Source: Candidatus Woesearchaeota archaeon (GTDB taxonomy: Archaea > Nanobdellota > Nanobdellia > Woesearchaeales > JABGXB01). From it: 64,000 nucleotides of DNA. Shown here piece after piece: positions 29,052 through 38,072 of the stretch. Where the stretch lies: contig JABGXB010000002.1 of assembly GCA_018675975.1 (NCBI GenBank), forward strand, positions 256,098 through 320,097, in the 5' to 3' direction. Every line of letters begins with the position of its first letter. The first letter of the stretch is position 1. Made by a program: the position numbers and the translations under genes. The notes under the pieces were generated by a model that searched no databases, was not told where the DNA came from, and was given only the letters and a program-made list of their open reading frames with translations.

Positions 29052-29169
29052 TGGGGGTACTGGGATTTGAACCCAGATCAGCCGGTATCGCCATATTTTA
29101 AGTCATCGCCAAAGCTCATCGCTCCAAAATTTTGGAGCCGGCTATGCTACCGGATTACACCATACCCCC
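29052..29169 (-). tRNA. tRNA-Trp(CCA) with 45-nt intron (29087-29131) at 37/38
   Basis: Acceptor GGGGGTA/TACCCCC, anticodon stem GCCGG/CCGGC, CTCCAA loop, T-loop TTCAAAT, relaxed BHB. Confidence 0.93.
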
Positions 29170-29249
29170 GTAGAATTTAGTTTTAATTAAACATTTATAA
29201 AATATTGGCTTAAAAAATTACTCAATAGAAAGATGTATATCCTAATATA

Positions 29250-30011
29250 TTACCATTTAGCTGAATCACAACTAAACACAAATCCTCTTTGAGAAGCTTT
29301 ACAAAAATAATCAGCATCAGATTCATTTTCACTTAAATCTTCCAAAGATGTGTAAAGAGTTACTTTTCTTTTTGGAGAAAACCATCTTGAAAAAAAATTT
29401 AAAGTTTTTTCATCATCAAATTGAGAAACCAATCTATCTCTATTTCTCTCATTTCCATTAAAAGAAAACCAAACATAACCATCAAATGATTTATTTTTGT
29501 TATAAAACTCAAATGAATTAATAAAATATCCAATTTGACTTTCAGAGTCCATTGTATTTTTTAAATCTAAAATCTTAATTTGATTTCCAAATAACGGTGC
29601 AAGTAAATCTAAATTATAATCCCCATTAGAATTAGTTGAATCATCACTATCAAGACGTTTTTCATTTTCCATTGTTTTTGCTCTTAATGCATCAACATCG
29701 GCACCTAATAAAGCTAATTCATTAGAAAATTCTGTAACTAATCTTGTTACATTTCTATAAGTAGGGTCATCTTTAGTTTCACAATAATTCGCAAGACGAG
29801 ATAATCCCATTGAAAATTCATATCTAGTTACATTATGTTTACCACGAAAAATATAATCGTCATCGAATATACCCTTAGAAACTAAATTTTTTACATCTTT
29901 GTATGCACGATGATCTTTTGGAACATCTTTAAAATCAACTGAATAAACAGGGTTTGTTGCTAAAAGACCAGTCAGACTAGCCACAAGAGTAATTTTATTT
30001 AATAAATTCAT
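29250..30011 (-). CDS. Secreted protein with bacterial SLH domain and OmpM-like coiled-coil stalk
   Basis: Signal peptide; FKDVPKDHRAYKDVKNLVSKGI...FRGKHNVTRYEF; RLVTEFSNELALLGADVDAL. Confidence 0.8.
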   Translation of the reverse strand: MNLLNKITLVASLTGLLATNPVYSVDFKDVPKDHRAYKDVKNLVSKGIFDDDYIFRGKHNVTRYEFSMGLSRLANYCETKDDPTYRNVTRLVTEFSNELALLGADVDALRAKTMENEKRLDSDDSTNSNGDYNLDLLAPLFGNQIKILDLKNTMDSESQIGYFINSFEFYNKNKSFDGYVWFSFNGNERNRDRLVSQFDDEKTLNFFSRWFSPKRKVTLYTSLEDLSENESDADYFCKASQRGFVFSCDSAKW

Positions 30012-30064
30012 AATAAACTCTAAAAAAAATAATTTATAATAATATGTATAATTTAAAATCCATT

Positions 30065-31099
30065 TTAAAGTGGATTAAAAGAAGTTAAATCACTAAAGGT
30101 TTGTAAAGGTTCTTCGATTAAAGTCATATAATCATTCTTAAATTCTTCAAAAGAAAAAGTCACACCAAAACCTTCATTTACACTTCCCTCTCTATCAATC
30201 CACAATAATGAATTATATTTACTAGAATCAATTTCAATCCAAAACTCATCAAAATTCATAGGAGTTAATTCTTTATTAAAAACACCCTCAAATCTAAAAA
30301 AATTATCAAAATTATAATAACTATCAATTAATACATCATAACTATTACTCGAATTAGTATTTGCATTAAATCTGAAACCAAAATAATCTCCTGTTTTTTT
30401 ATGTCGACCTTCAAGTTCATAATTAAATGATAAATTTTGATCAAAAGTAAAACTCGTATATTGGCTAAATGATTTATATAAATCTGAATCAGGATTTGTA
30501 TTATTTTTTAAATAAAAATAAAAGTAATTATATTTAGAAGGTTCAAAAAAAGAAAATAAAAGTTTTTGATTTTCTAATAAATTAGAATAATCATCAATAT
30601 TTACATTTTTTAAAAAGTCGTTTAAATTATTTAATTCACTCTCAAAAATATTTGAATAGGGATATATATTATTATCATCAGAATTTGATAATGAAATATT
30701 ATCTCCAAACACATACGCTTGTAATTTTATTGTCTCTTTTATTTTATTATCACCATCTAATAAATTTAATTTGAAAAAACTATCATTTTTTGGAGAACAA
30801 TAAAAAGAAATATTATATTTCTCTGAATCTAAAGATTTGGGTTTAGAATCAACTTGTAAAAATTTATGATTTAATTCTAATTGATAATCATCTTGTTTAA
30901 AATTTACATTTAATTGTTTGGAATTAGAATTTTTAAAAAAATCATCAATTGTTTTTTCAATTGATTTTGAAATAATTTTTGAAGATTGATAAGACTCAGG
31001 TTTTTCATACACAGGTTTATCATTCACTAAACCACAACCAGAATTCATTAACAAAAATGAAAGGGATAGTGGTTTAATATAATTAAAATATTTTTTCAT
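30065..31099 (-). CDS. Hypothetical putative lipoprotein
   Basis: MKKYFNYIKPLSLSFLLMNSGC lipobox-like N-terminus. Confidence 0.55.
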   Translation of the reverse strand: MKKYFNYIKPLSLSFLLMNSGCGLVNDKPVYEKPESYQSSKIISKSIEKTIDDFFKNSNSKQLNVNFKQDDYQLELNHKFLQVDSKPKSLDSEKYNISFYCSPKNDSFFKLNLLDGDNKIKETIKLQAYVFGDNISLSNSDDNNIYPYSNIFESELNNLNDFLKNVNIDDYSNLLENQKLLFSFFEPSKYNYFYFYLKNNTNPDSDLYKSFSQYTSFTFDQNLSFNYELEGRHKKTGDYFGFRFNANTNSSNSYDVLIDSYYNFDNFFRFEGVFNKELTPMNFDEFWIEIDSSKYNSLLWIDREGSVNEGFGVTFSFEEFKNDYMTLIEEPLQTFSDLTSFNPL

Positions 31100-31203
31100 G
31101 TTTATTAATATAGATTTAACTTAAAAAAAACTTTTTAATAAAATATGAAAAAAAATCAATAAAATAGAATAATTTTCAAAAAATATGAAAAAAAATAATT
31201 TTA

Positions 31204-31557
31204 TTAATTATTTTCTTCTTTATTAACTATTTTTTTTGTAGTTTTTTTAACTACTTTAGTTTCTTTTTTTTCTTTTTTTGCCGGTTTATTTGTTTTAGCA
31301 TTTCTTTCTTTTTTAGGTTTTATTGTTTCTTGTTTTGGTTTTGAACTAAATAAAGTAAAACCTAATTTTTCAAATTCTTTTTCTAAATCACCATCTAAAA
31401 CAGTTTTAGTTGGATCTAAATGTTTAATATTACATTTTCTTTTTTTAACTTCACCAATAATTGTAACAAAATTATCATCATTTTTTTCAATAATAACACA
31501 AGTCTTTCCAGCTTCACGACCTGAAATTTTTATACATATTCTTCCTACATTCATCAT
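31204..31557 (-). CDS. rpl14e: 50S ribosomal protein L14e
   Basis: VGRICIKISGREAGKTCVII...VKKRKCNIKHL; GAGGT SD before ATG 31557. Confidence 0.94.
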   Translation of the reverse strand: MMNVGRICIKISGREAGKTCVIIEKNDDNFVTIIGEVKKRKCNIKHLDPTKTVLDGDLEKEFEKLGFTLFSSKPKQETIKPKKERNAKTNKPAKKEKKETKVVKKTTKKIVNKEENN

Positions 31558-31573
31558 TTTTTTATACCTCAAA

Positions 31574-31665
31574 AAGAAATAGTTTCAATTTATGTCTCCA
31601 ATTTATGTCCTCATTAATTTTGTCACCAAAATTAAATCCACGTTAATAAATTGAAACAACTTCTT
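31574..31665. other. Structured intergenic element (nested inverted repeats plus 11-bp direct repeat)
   Basis: GTTTCAATTTAT 31582-31593 / ATAAATTGAAAC 31646-31657; inner TTAATTTTG/CAAAATTAA; CAATTTATGTC twice. Confidence 0.6.
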
Positions 31666-31666
31666 A

Positions 31667-31930
31667 TTATCTTGTCATACTCTTAATTTTTAATCTCATA
31701 CATGGACTACACAAAACACCACCATAAGGTCTTTCTGGTCTTTTCTGAGTTTTTGAAAGTTTTGCAAAATTACATGGTCTTTCTCTTGGAATACCATGTA
31801 AAACAGAACCACAAGAACCACATTTATGATTATTAGGTTTTCTAAGTTTATATCTAGTTACTGTATTTCCACCCGGTAATTTTACCTTAACTCTTGCATA
31901 AGTTCTTGATCTTTTATTTGGAGCAGTCAT
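31667..31930 (-). CDS. rpl34e: 50S ribosomal protein L34e
   Basis: RSRT...KLPGG...CGSCG..LHGIPR...RPERPYGGVLCSPC; start at ATG 31930. Confidence 0.96.
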   Translation of the reverse strand: MTAPNKRSRTYARVKVKLPGGNTVTRYKLRKPNNHKCGSCGSVLHGIPRERPCNFAKLSKTQKRPERPYGGVLCSPCMRLKIKSMTR

Positions 31931-31970
31931 TTTATATATTACGGAGAAATTGATGTATTTATAAACATAA

Positions 31971-33353
31971 TTATTTCTGCGTTTTATTTTTTTTAGATTT
32001 CTTTTCAAATTCTTCAATAAATGTATTTGCTTTTCTAATAGTATAACTCACAGGATTTTTTATTTTTTGACATAAATTATCCGGTTTACAAATACCCATA
32101 TCCACATAATATGTTTTATTATCACAATTTGGTGGAAGTTTTTTATCTTTTTGTTTATCATGATAATTTAAATGTGTTTTAATATATGTAGGTCTCAATG
32201 GCTCATCATGTTTATCATTCCAATCATTAAAAAGTAATTCTGTATCTTCTTTTGTCCAACCAATATTAGATAAATAATTTTGCATAATAAATAAAGATCT
32301 TTTTTTCCCATCACTCATTCCCTTTAAAATACATTTCATACATGGAGAAAAATATTCTTCAGGAATTTTAGGAATATTTCTTTGTCTATTAATTAATGTT
32401 TTTCTTTTTTCTTCTTCAGCAATCATATTTTTTATTTGAAAATCATATGACTGAACTAAAAGGTTAATAGCACACCCTTCTTTTACATTTCTATTTAAAA
32501 ACAGAATATTATTTAATTCAATATTTTCAATTTTTGCCATATTTTTATCAAAATTCAATATATTATTTATATCAATTGGAATTGAAACTAAACCTGTTTT
32601 TTCATTCACAGAATATAACATTCTATATAAATGCCTAGAAGCAACTAAAACAGTATCAACTTTTATTATACTAAAAGGATCAAAAAAACCATTTTTATAA
32701 TAATTTAATTTTAATTTATTTTCAACTTTAGAAAAATCCTTTAAATCATTAAATAAATTTTCTTTTATATTATTTACAATTTTTTCAATATCATAATTTT
32801 TTAAAAAATAATTTGTAAATTCAGCCCTCATATCTTCCCTAATAAAATTAATAATTATACGTGGAACTTCTGGAAATAAAAAATTCATTTTTTGACCATT
32901 AAATATTTTTGGAAATGATTCATAAACCACACCTATATGAACACCATTACCACCAGAAAATTTAGCAGTTGAACTAATACCAAATTCATTTAATTTTTTT
33001 ATTATAAAATGAGCACAAATTTTAGAATATTCTATATCATCAGTATCAATATCAAAAATTAAATCCCAACCAGTTCTAATTTGATCCATTTCTTTTTTTG
33101 AATTATTTGTTTGTAATAAAAAAGGATCACTCCAAGTTTCTTGACTAATATGAAAAGAAGTTGCCCCAGCTTTTGCTAATGTAATAATATCTTGAGCATT
33201 TGAAAGAACATCTGGCCTTTGACCATAATATTTCATATTAAAACAAATTCCAACTTCTTTATTTTTAGATTGCTTTAATAATTCATTTATTATATCTTCC
33301 CTAGAATAATATTCTATAATATGCGCATTGTCTTTAATAACACTTTCAGCCAT
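31971..33353 (-). CDS. priSL: Fused DNA primase PriS-PriL (DPANN type)
   Basis: GWDLIFDID, KFSGGNGVH, RHLYRMLYS PriS motifs; C-terminal PCM...PPNC...C...C Fe-S PriL domain. Confidence 0.9.
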   Translation of the reverse strand: MAESVIKDNAHIIEYYSREDIINELLKQSKNKEVGICFNMKYYGQRPDVLSNAQDIITLAKAGATSFHISQETWSDPFLLQTNNSKKEMDQIRTGWDLIFDIDTDDIEYSKICAHFIIKKLNEFGISSTAKFSGGNGVHIGVVYESFPKIFNGQKMNFLFPEVPRIIINFIREDMRAEFTNYFLKNYDIEKIVNNIKENLFNDLKDFSKVENKLKLNYYKNGFFDPFSIIKVDTVLVASRHLYRMLYSVNEKTGLVSIPIDINNILNFDKNMAKIENIELNNILFLNRNVKEGCAINLLVQSYDFQIKNMIAEEEKRKTLINRQRNIPKIPEEYFSPCMKCILKGMSDGKKRSLFIMQNYLSNIGWTKEDTELLFNDWNDKHDEPLRPTYIKTHLNYHDKQKDKKLPPNCDNKTYYVDMGICKPDNLCQKIKNPVSYTIRKANTFIEEFEKKSKKNKTQK

Positions 33354-33427
33354 AAATGTGGAAAATTAAAGTTATTTAAAATATATTTGTAAATAGTGAA
33401 AAAAAATAAAAAAAAGTAAGCTTTATA

Positions 33428-33646
33428 AAATAACTAAAATTTCTCCAAATACTAAATCAACTATAAAAAAGTTATTGATTTATTGCATTAGCAATAAAGT
33501 ATATAATTCACTATATGGTTTGATCAATAAGCAACCTCAAAATATGCAACAGTAAAATATTTTGATATAAATAAGATAATGAGGCAATGCAAAAATAAAG
33601 CGTATAAGTATTTAGACGTTGTATTTTGGAAATTGTATTAGTTATT
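33428..33646 (+). promoter_or_regulatory. Long structured leader / candidate RNA upstream of the rpl3 operon
   Basis: Terminal imperfect inverted repeat, several internal hairpins, TTTATAAA at 33422-33429. Confidence 0.45.
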
Positions 33647-33666
33647 AATAAATAAAAAACTATAAA

Positions 33667-34638
33667 ATGCCTAAAACAAACGCACCAAGACACGGAAGTA
33701 TGCAATTTTGGCCAAGAAAAAAAGCCAAAAAACAAAGCGCACCTAGACTTAGAAATCTTCAATTAAACGAAAATATAGGCTTACCGATTTTTGCAGGATA
33801 TAAAGCAGGAATGACTCACATTCAATATTTAGATAATAAAAAAACATCTCCGCTAAAAGGTGAAATTGTTAATGTCCCAGTAACTGTTATAGAATGTCCA
33901 CCAATTAAAATTGCAAATGTGAGATTTCATAAAACAGATGATTATGGAACACATTGTATTGGTCAATTTAATAATAAAGTAGAAAAAGAAATGTCAAAAA
34001 GATTCCCATTACAAAAAAAAGAATCAAAAAAATTAGAAGATTTTAATGATTTTGATAAAGTTACAATAACTGTTTATACACAACCAAAATTAACTGGTAT
34101 TGGTAAAAAAGCACCAGATTTAATGGAAGTTGAATTAAATGGAAAAGATAATAATGAAAAAATTGAATGGATTAAAAATAATTTAAGTAAAGAAATTAAA
34201 ATTAATGAAGTATTTAAAGAAAAAATCCAAGTTGATATTCACGGTATAACTAGAGGAAGAGGTTATGAAGGAACTACAAGAAGATATAATACACCAGAAA
34301 GACAAGCAAAGTCAGAAAAACATAAAAGAGGTGTTGGTTCATTAGGTCCGTGGTTACCATTAGTAAGACATACTGTTTTGTTTCCTTCGAGATGGGGGAG
34401 TCATTTAAGAACAGAACATAATAAACAATTAGTTAAAATTTCAAATGAATCAGATTTAGTAAATCCAGAAGGTGGATTTTTAAAATACGGTTTAGTCAAA
34501 AACGATTATATTTTAGTACATGGTAGCGTACCTGGTAAAGCAAATAAATTAATTGTATTATCAAATGCTAAAAGAGAAAACAAATATATGAATATGATTG
34601 ATAATGTTAAATACATATCAAAAAAATCAAAACAATAG
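33667..34638 (+). CDS. rpl3: 50S ribosomal protein uL3
   Basis: PRHGSMQFWPRKKA, FAGYKAGMTH, GSVPG. Confidence 0.97.
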   Translation: MPKTNAPRHGSMQFWPRKKAKKQSAPRLRNLQLNENIGLPIFAGYKAGMTHIQYLDNKKTSPLKGEIVNVPVTVIECPPIKIANVRFHKTDDYGTHCIGQFNNKVEKEMSKRFPLQKKESKKLEDFNDFDKVTITVYTQPKLTGIGKKAPDLMEVELNGKDNNEKIEWIKNNLSKEIKINEVFKEKIQVDIHGITRGRGYEGTTRRYNTPERQAKSEKHKRGVGSLGPWLPLVRHTVLFPSRWGSHLRTEHNKQLVKISNESDLVNPEGGFLKYGLVKNDYILVHGSVPGKANKLIVLSNAKRENKYMNMIDNVKYISKKSKQ

Positions 34639-34691
34639 TCAATGATGAGGTTATTCCCGACTGATAAATGATGATTAAAAGGATCTGAGAC
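34638..34691 (+). ncRNA. Box C/D methylation guide sRNA
   Basis: GTC-A-ATGATGA(C)-GGTTATTCCCGA-CTGA(D')-TAA-ATGATGA(C')-TTAAAAGGAT-CTGA(D)-GAC. Confidence 0.9.
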
Positions 34692-34692
34692 A

Positions 34693-35502
34693 ATGAATTC
34701 ATTAAAAATATACGACACAAATGGAAAAGAAATAGGTAAAATAGAAATGCCTGAACAGTTTAATCAGCAAATAAAGTATACTTTGATTAAAAAATGTGTA
34801 TTAGCTTTAAGAGCTAATGCTAGACAAAAGTATGGTGCCGATCCATTAGCTGGACAAAAATGTGTTGCAAATATGAGTCATAGAAGAAGAAAATTTAATA
34901 CTGCATATGGATCTGGTCAAAGTAGAATCCCAAGAATGAGATTTTCAAGAAAAGGAACTCAATTCCATAGAAGAGGTGCATTTATTTCAAGTACTATTGG
35001 AGGAAGACGTGCACATCCACCTAAAGCTGAAAAAAATTGGACTCAAAAAATAAATAAAAAAGAAAATAGAACTGCAATTAGAAGTGCATTAAGTGCAAGT
35101 TTAAATAAAACAATTGTAGAAAAAAGAGGACACAAATTAGGTTCATTATATCCATTTATATTAGACGATTCATTTAAAGACATTAAAAAAACAAAACAAG
35201 TAAAAGAAAGTTTATTGAAATTGGATTTAAATGATGAATTAAAAAGAGTAGAAACTAGAAAAATAAGAGCTGGTCACGGTAAAGTAAGAGGAAGAAGATA
35301 TGTTACAAAATCAGGCCCATTAATTGTTGTAGATAATGATTGTGATTTAAAAAAATCAGCAAGAAATATTTTAGGGATTGAAATTGTAAAAGTAAATCAA
35401 ATTAATGCAAAATTATTAGCACCAGGAAGTCAACCTGGTAGATTGACACTATTTACAAAAAGTGCGATAGAGACAATGCAAAAAAATAAATTATTTATGT
35501 AA
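34693..35502 (+). CDS. rpl4: 50S ribosomal protein uL4
   Basis: SRIPR, GGRRAHPPK, LAPG..PGRLT. Confidence 0.97.
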   Translation: MNSLKIYDTNGKEIGKIEMPEQFNQQIKYTLIKKCVLALRANARQKYGADPLAGQKCVANMSHRRRKFNTAYGSGQSRIPRMRFSRKGTQFHRRGAFISSTIGGRRAHPPKAEKNWTQKINKKENRTAIRSALSASLNKTIVEKRGHKLGSLYPFILDDSFKDIKKTKQVKESLLKLDLNDELKRVETRKIRAGHGKVRGRRYVTKSGPLIVVDNDCDLKKSARNILGIEIVKVNQINAKLLAPGSQPGRLTLFTKSAIETMQKNKLFM

Positions 35503-35503
35503 G

Positions 35504-35764
35504 ATGAAAAGTAATCAAATATTAAAAAATGTAATACCAACAGAGAAAGGTGTTTTATTAGTTGAAAGTACTAATGCATTAGTATTTAAAGTAGATAAAA
35601 AAGCAAACAAAAAAACAATTAAAGAATCAGTTGAAAAAGCTTTAGATGTTAAAGTAGATGCAGTAAGAACACAAAACACATGTCACAACTATAAAAAAGC
35701 ATATGTAAAATTACATAAAGATCATATGGCAATTGATGTAATGACAAAATTAGGATTAATGTAA
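35504..35764 (+). CDS. rpl23: 50S ribosomal protein uL23
   Basis: TEK...LVFKVDKKANK...KKAYVKL; operon order. Confidence 0.96.
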   Translation: MKSNQILKNVIPTEKGVLLVESTNALVFKVDKKANKKTIKESVEKALDVKVDAVRTQNTCHNYKKAYVKLHKDHMAIDVMTKLGLM

Positions 35765-35765
35765 A

Positions 35766-36482
35766 ATGGGTAAAAGAATTATTTCACAAAGACGGGGAAA
35801 AGGTACACCAAGATATACTGCACCTAGTTTTAATTTTAAAGTAGATGTTAAACACCCAAATCCAAAACATAAAATTAGTGGTGAAATTCAAGATATATTT
35901 AGATGTCGTGCACACACAGCTCCAGTTATGTCTGTAAAATTAGATAATGGAAAAGAAGTTCAAATGATTGCACCAAATAATGTTTTAGTAAATCAAAAAA
36001 TTGAATTTAATACAGATAAAGTTGAAAATGCTAATACTTGTATGTTAAAATACATACCAGAGGGAACTAGTATATTTAATATTGAATTAAATCCTGGTGA
36101 CGGTGGAAAATTAGTAAAAACAACAGGAACTAGTGCCACAATTGTTGCAAAATTAGATAAAAAAGTTATTGTATTATTACCTTCAAAAAAGAAAAAAACA
36201 ATCAATTGGGATTGTAGAGCAAATATTGGAGTAATTGCAGGTGGTGGAAGAGTAGATAAGCCATTATTAAAAGCTGGGAATAATATGAAAAAATTCAAAG
36301 CAAGAGGAAAATTATATCCAATAGTTTCAGCAAATTCAATGAATGCTACAGATCACCCATTTGGTAATTCAAGATCATCATATAAATCAAAATCAAAACC
36401 AGCACCTAAAAACGCTCCACCAGGACGTAAAGTTGGTTCAATAAGACCAAGAAGTCAAGGTCGAAAAAAAGGTAGAGGATAA
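35766..36482 (+). CDS. rpl2: 50S ribosomal protein uL2
   Basis: MGKRIISQRRGKG, MNATDHPFG, APPGRKVG. Confidence 0.97.
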   Translation: MGKRIISQRRGKGTPRYTAPSFNFKVDVKHPNPKHKISGEIQDIFRCRAHTAPVMSVKLDNGKEVQMIAPNNVLVNQKIEFNTDKVENANTCMLKYIPEGTSIFNIELNPGDGGKLVKTTGTSATIVAKLDKKVIVLLPSKKKKTINWDCRANIGVIAGGGRVDKPLLKAGNNMKKFKARGKLYPIVSANSMNATDHPFGNSRSSYKSKSKPAPKNAPPGRKVGSIRPRSQGRKKGRG

Positions 36483-36484
36483 TT

Positions 36485-36829
36485 ATGGCAAAAATATTTG
36501 TATTACGTGGACTATCAGTAGAAGAAATTAAGAAACTTAGTTTAGCAGAATTTATGCCATTAATTGGTTCAAGAGAAAGACGAACTTTAAAACGTGGTTT
36601 TACAAGTGAACAAAAAATCTTTATGGAAGATGTTAAAAAAGGAAGAAGTAAATTAAAAACTCATTGTAGAGATTTAGTTATCACACCTCCATTATTAGAT
36701 AAAAGAATTCAAGTTCATAATGGAAAAGAATTTGTTGAAATAAATATAAATCCTGAAATGTTAGGACACAGATTAGGTGAATTTGCATTAACAAGAAAAA
36801 AAGTTACACACACAGCTAAGAAAAAATAA
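36485..36829 (+). CDS. rps19: 30S ribosomal protein uS19
   Basis: KTHCRD...VHNGKEF...EMLGHRLGEFALTRK. Confidence 0.97.
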   Translation: MAKIFVLRGLSVEEIKKLSLAEFMPLIGSRERRTLKRGFTSEQKIFMEDVKKGRSKLKTHCRDLVITPPLLDKRIQVHNGKEFVEININPEMLGHRLGEFALTRKKVTHTAKKK

Positions 36830-36840
36830 AGGTAAAATAA

Positions 36841-37305
36841 ATGAATATGCTTTCAATGAAAAATTACAATAAGGAAAATATGGCAAGGGTATTAGCTACA
36901 AATTTAAGAATTTCTACTAAATATTCCATTGAAATGTCAAATTATCTTAGAGGTAAAACAATCACAAGAGCTCAATATTTATTAGATAAAGTTATTGAAA
37001 AACAAATGGCAATGCCCGTAAAAAGATTTACAGATGGTGCAGGTCATAAAAAAGGAAAAATTGGACCAGGTAAATTTCCGCAAAAAATTGCATTAGAATT
37101 TAAAAAATTATTAAATTCAATTACAAAAAACGCTCAAACAAAAAGTATAGATACAAATAATTTAGAAATTATTCACATAAGTGTAAATAAAGGAAGAGAA
37201 CAATATAGAGCAACAAGACATAGAGGAAGAACTATGAAGCTAACTCATATTGAAATTGTTGCACATCCAAAAAAAAAAGAAAAAAAAAGTGAGGATAAGA
37301 AATGA
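36841..37305 (+). CDS. rpl22: 50S ribosomal protein uL22
   Basis: LRISTK...GKFPQK...NA...THIEIV. Confidence 0.96.
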   Translation: MNMLSMKNYNKENMARVLATNLRISTKYSIEMSNYLRGKTITRAQYLLDKVIEKQMAMPVKRFTDGAGHKKGKIGPGKFPQKIALEFKKLLNSITKNAQTKSIDTNNLEIIHISVNKGREQYRATRHRGRTMKLTHIEIVAHPKKKEKKSEDKK

Positions 37306-38072
37306 TTGAAAGACAATTCATAAAAAAAAATATTAATAAATTTTTAATAGAAGAATATTTATTAAGTACATTACCAGGGATTGGACTTGCAAATTTCAAA
37401 TTAAAAAAAACTCCATTAGGTGACAAAGTTATTTTAACTGTTTTAAAACCAGGAATTGTTATTGGTAAAAAAGGAGAAACTATAAAAAGATTAACTAAAG
37501 AATTAGAAAAGAAATTTAATTTAGAAAAACCTGAAATTGAATTAAAAGATATTGAAGATCCTTTTTTGAATGCTAGTGTTGTTGCAGAAAGAGTAAAAAC
37601 TGCATTAACTAAATTAGGTTCAAAAAAATTCAAAGCAATTGCACATAGAGAATTATCAAATATAATGAAAGCAGGAGCATTAGGTTGTGAAATAGTATTA
37701 ACAGGAAGAATACCAGCTCAAAGATCAAAAAGATGGAGATATAGAGATGGTTATTTAAAAAAAAGTGGACAAATTGCAGTTGATGGTGTAAGAACATCAA
37801 TAGTTAATGCAATATTAAATGTAGGTAGTATTGGAATTCAAGTAAGAATAATGCCAAACACATTAAAATTACCAGATTATGTAAAAATTTATGATGAACC
37901 TATTGACATTTCAAAATTAGAAACTAAAATTAAAACATTATTTAAAAAAGATGATAAAAAAGAAGATAAGAAATCAAAAGATAAAAAAAAAGTAGCTAAA
38001 AAGAAAACTACTAAGAAAGTAGCTAAAAAAACAACTAAAAAAGTTGAAAAAATAAGTAATGAAGAAAAATGA
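37302..38072 (+). CDS. rps3: 30S ribosomal protein uS3
   Basis: KPGIVIGKKG KH motif, GALGCEIVLTGRI. Confidence 0.97.
   Translation: MIERQFIKKNINKFLIEEYLLSTLPGIGLANFKLKKTPLGDKVILTVLKPGIVIGKKGETIKRLTKELEKKFNLEKPEIELKDIEDPFLNASVVAERVKTALTKLGSKKFKAIAHRELSNIMKAGALGCEIVLTGRIPAQRSKRWRYRDGYLKKSGQIAVDGVRTSIVNAILNVGSIGIQVRIMPNTLKLPDYVKIYDEPIDISKLETKIKTLFKKDDKKEDKKSKDKKKVAKKKTTKKVAKKTTKKVEKISNEEK

Noticed and set aside
31141..31196. Direct repeat AAATATGAAAAAAAAT twice
   Set aside because: Low-complexity A-rich sequence, probably T-tract terminators on the minus strand
31582..31657. GTTTCAAT...ATTGAAAC ends resemble CRISPR repeat termini
   Set aside because: Single inverted pair, no repeat-spacer periodicity and no cas genes in the window
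31971..33353. Fused PriS-PriL primase as a novelty
   Set aside because: Already established as a DPANN trait; used only as a taxonomic clue
33428..33646. RNase P RNA or SRP RNA identity (TGCAACAG and GGCAATGCAAAAATA resemble RNase P segments)
   Set aside because: No GAGGAAAGUCC or ACAGAA..GGCUUA P4 motifs and no clear SRP helix-8 motif; kept only as an unassigned structure
33511..33762. 83-aa minus-strand ORF
   Set aside because: Overlaps the rpl3 start and the structured leader; composition is not protein-like
37940..38072. Lys-rich KKVAKK repeats in uS3 (similar tails in eL14, uL29, eL32)
   Set aside because: Low-complexity tails favoured by AT bias; not a separate element
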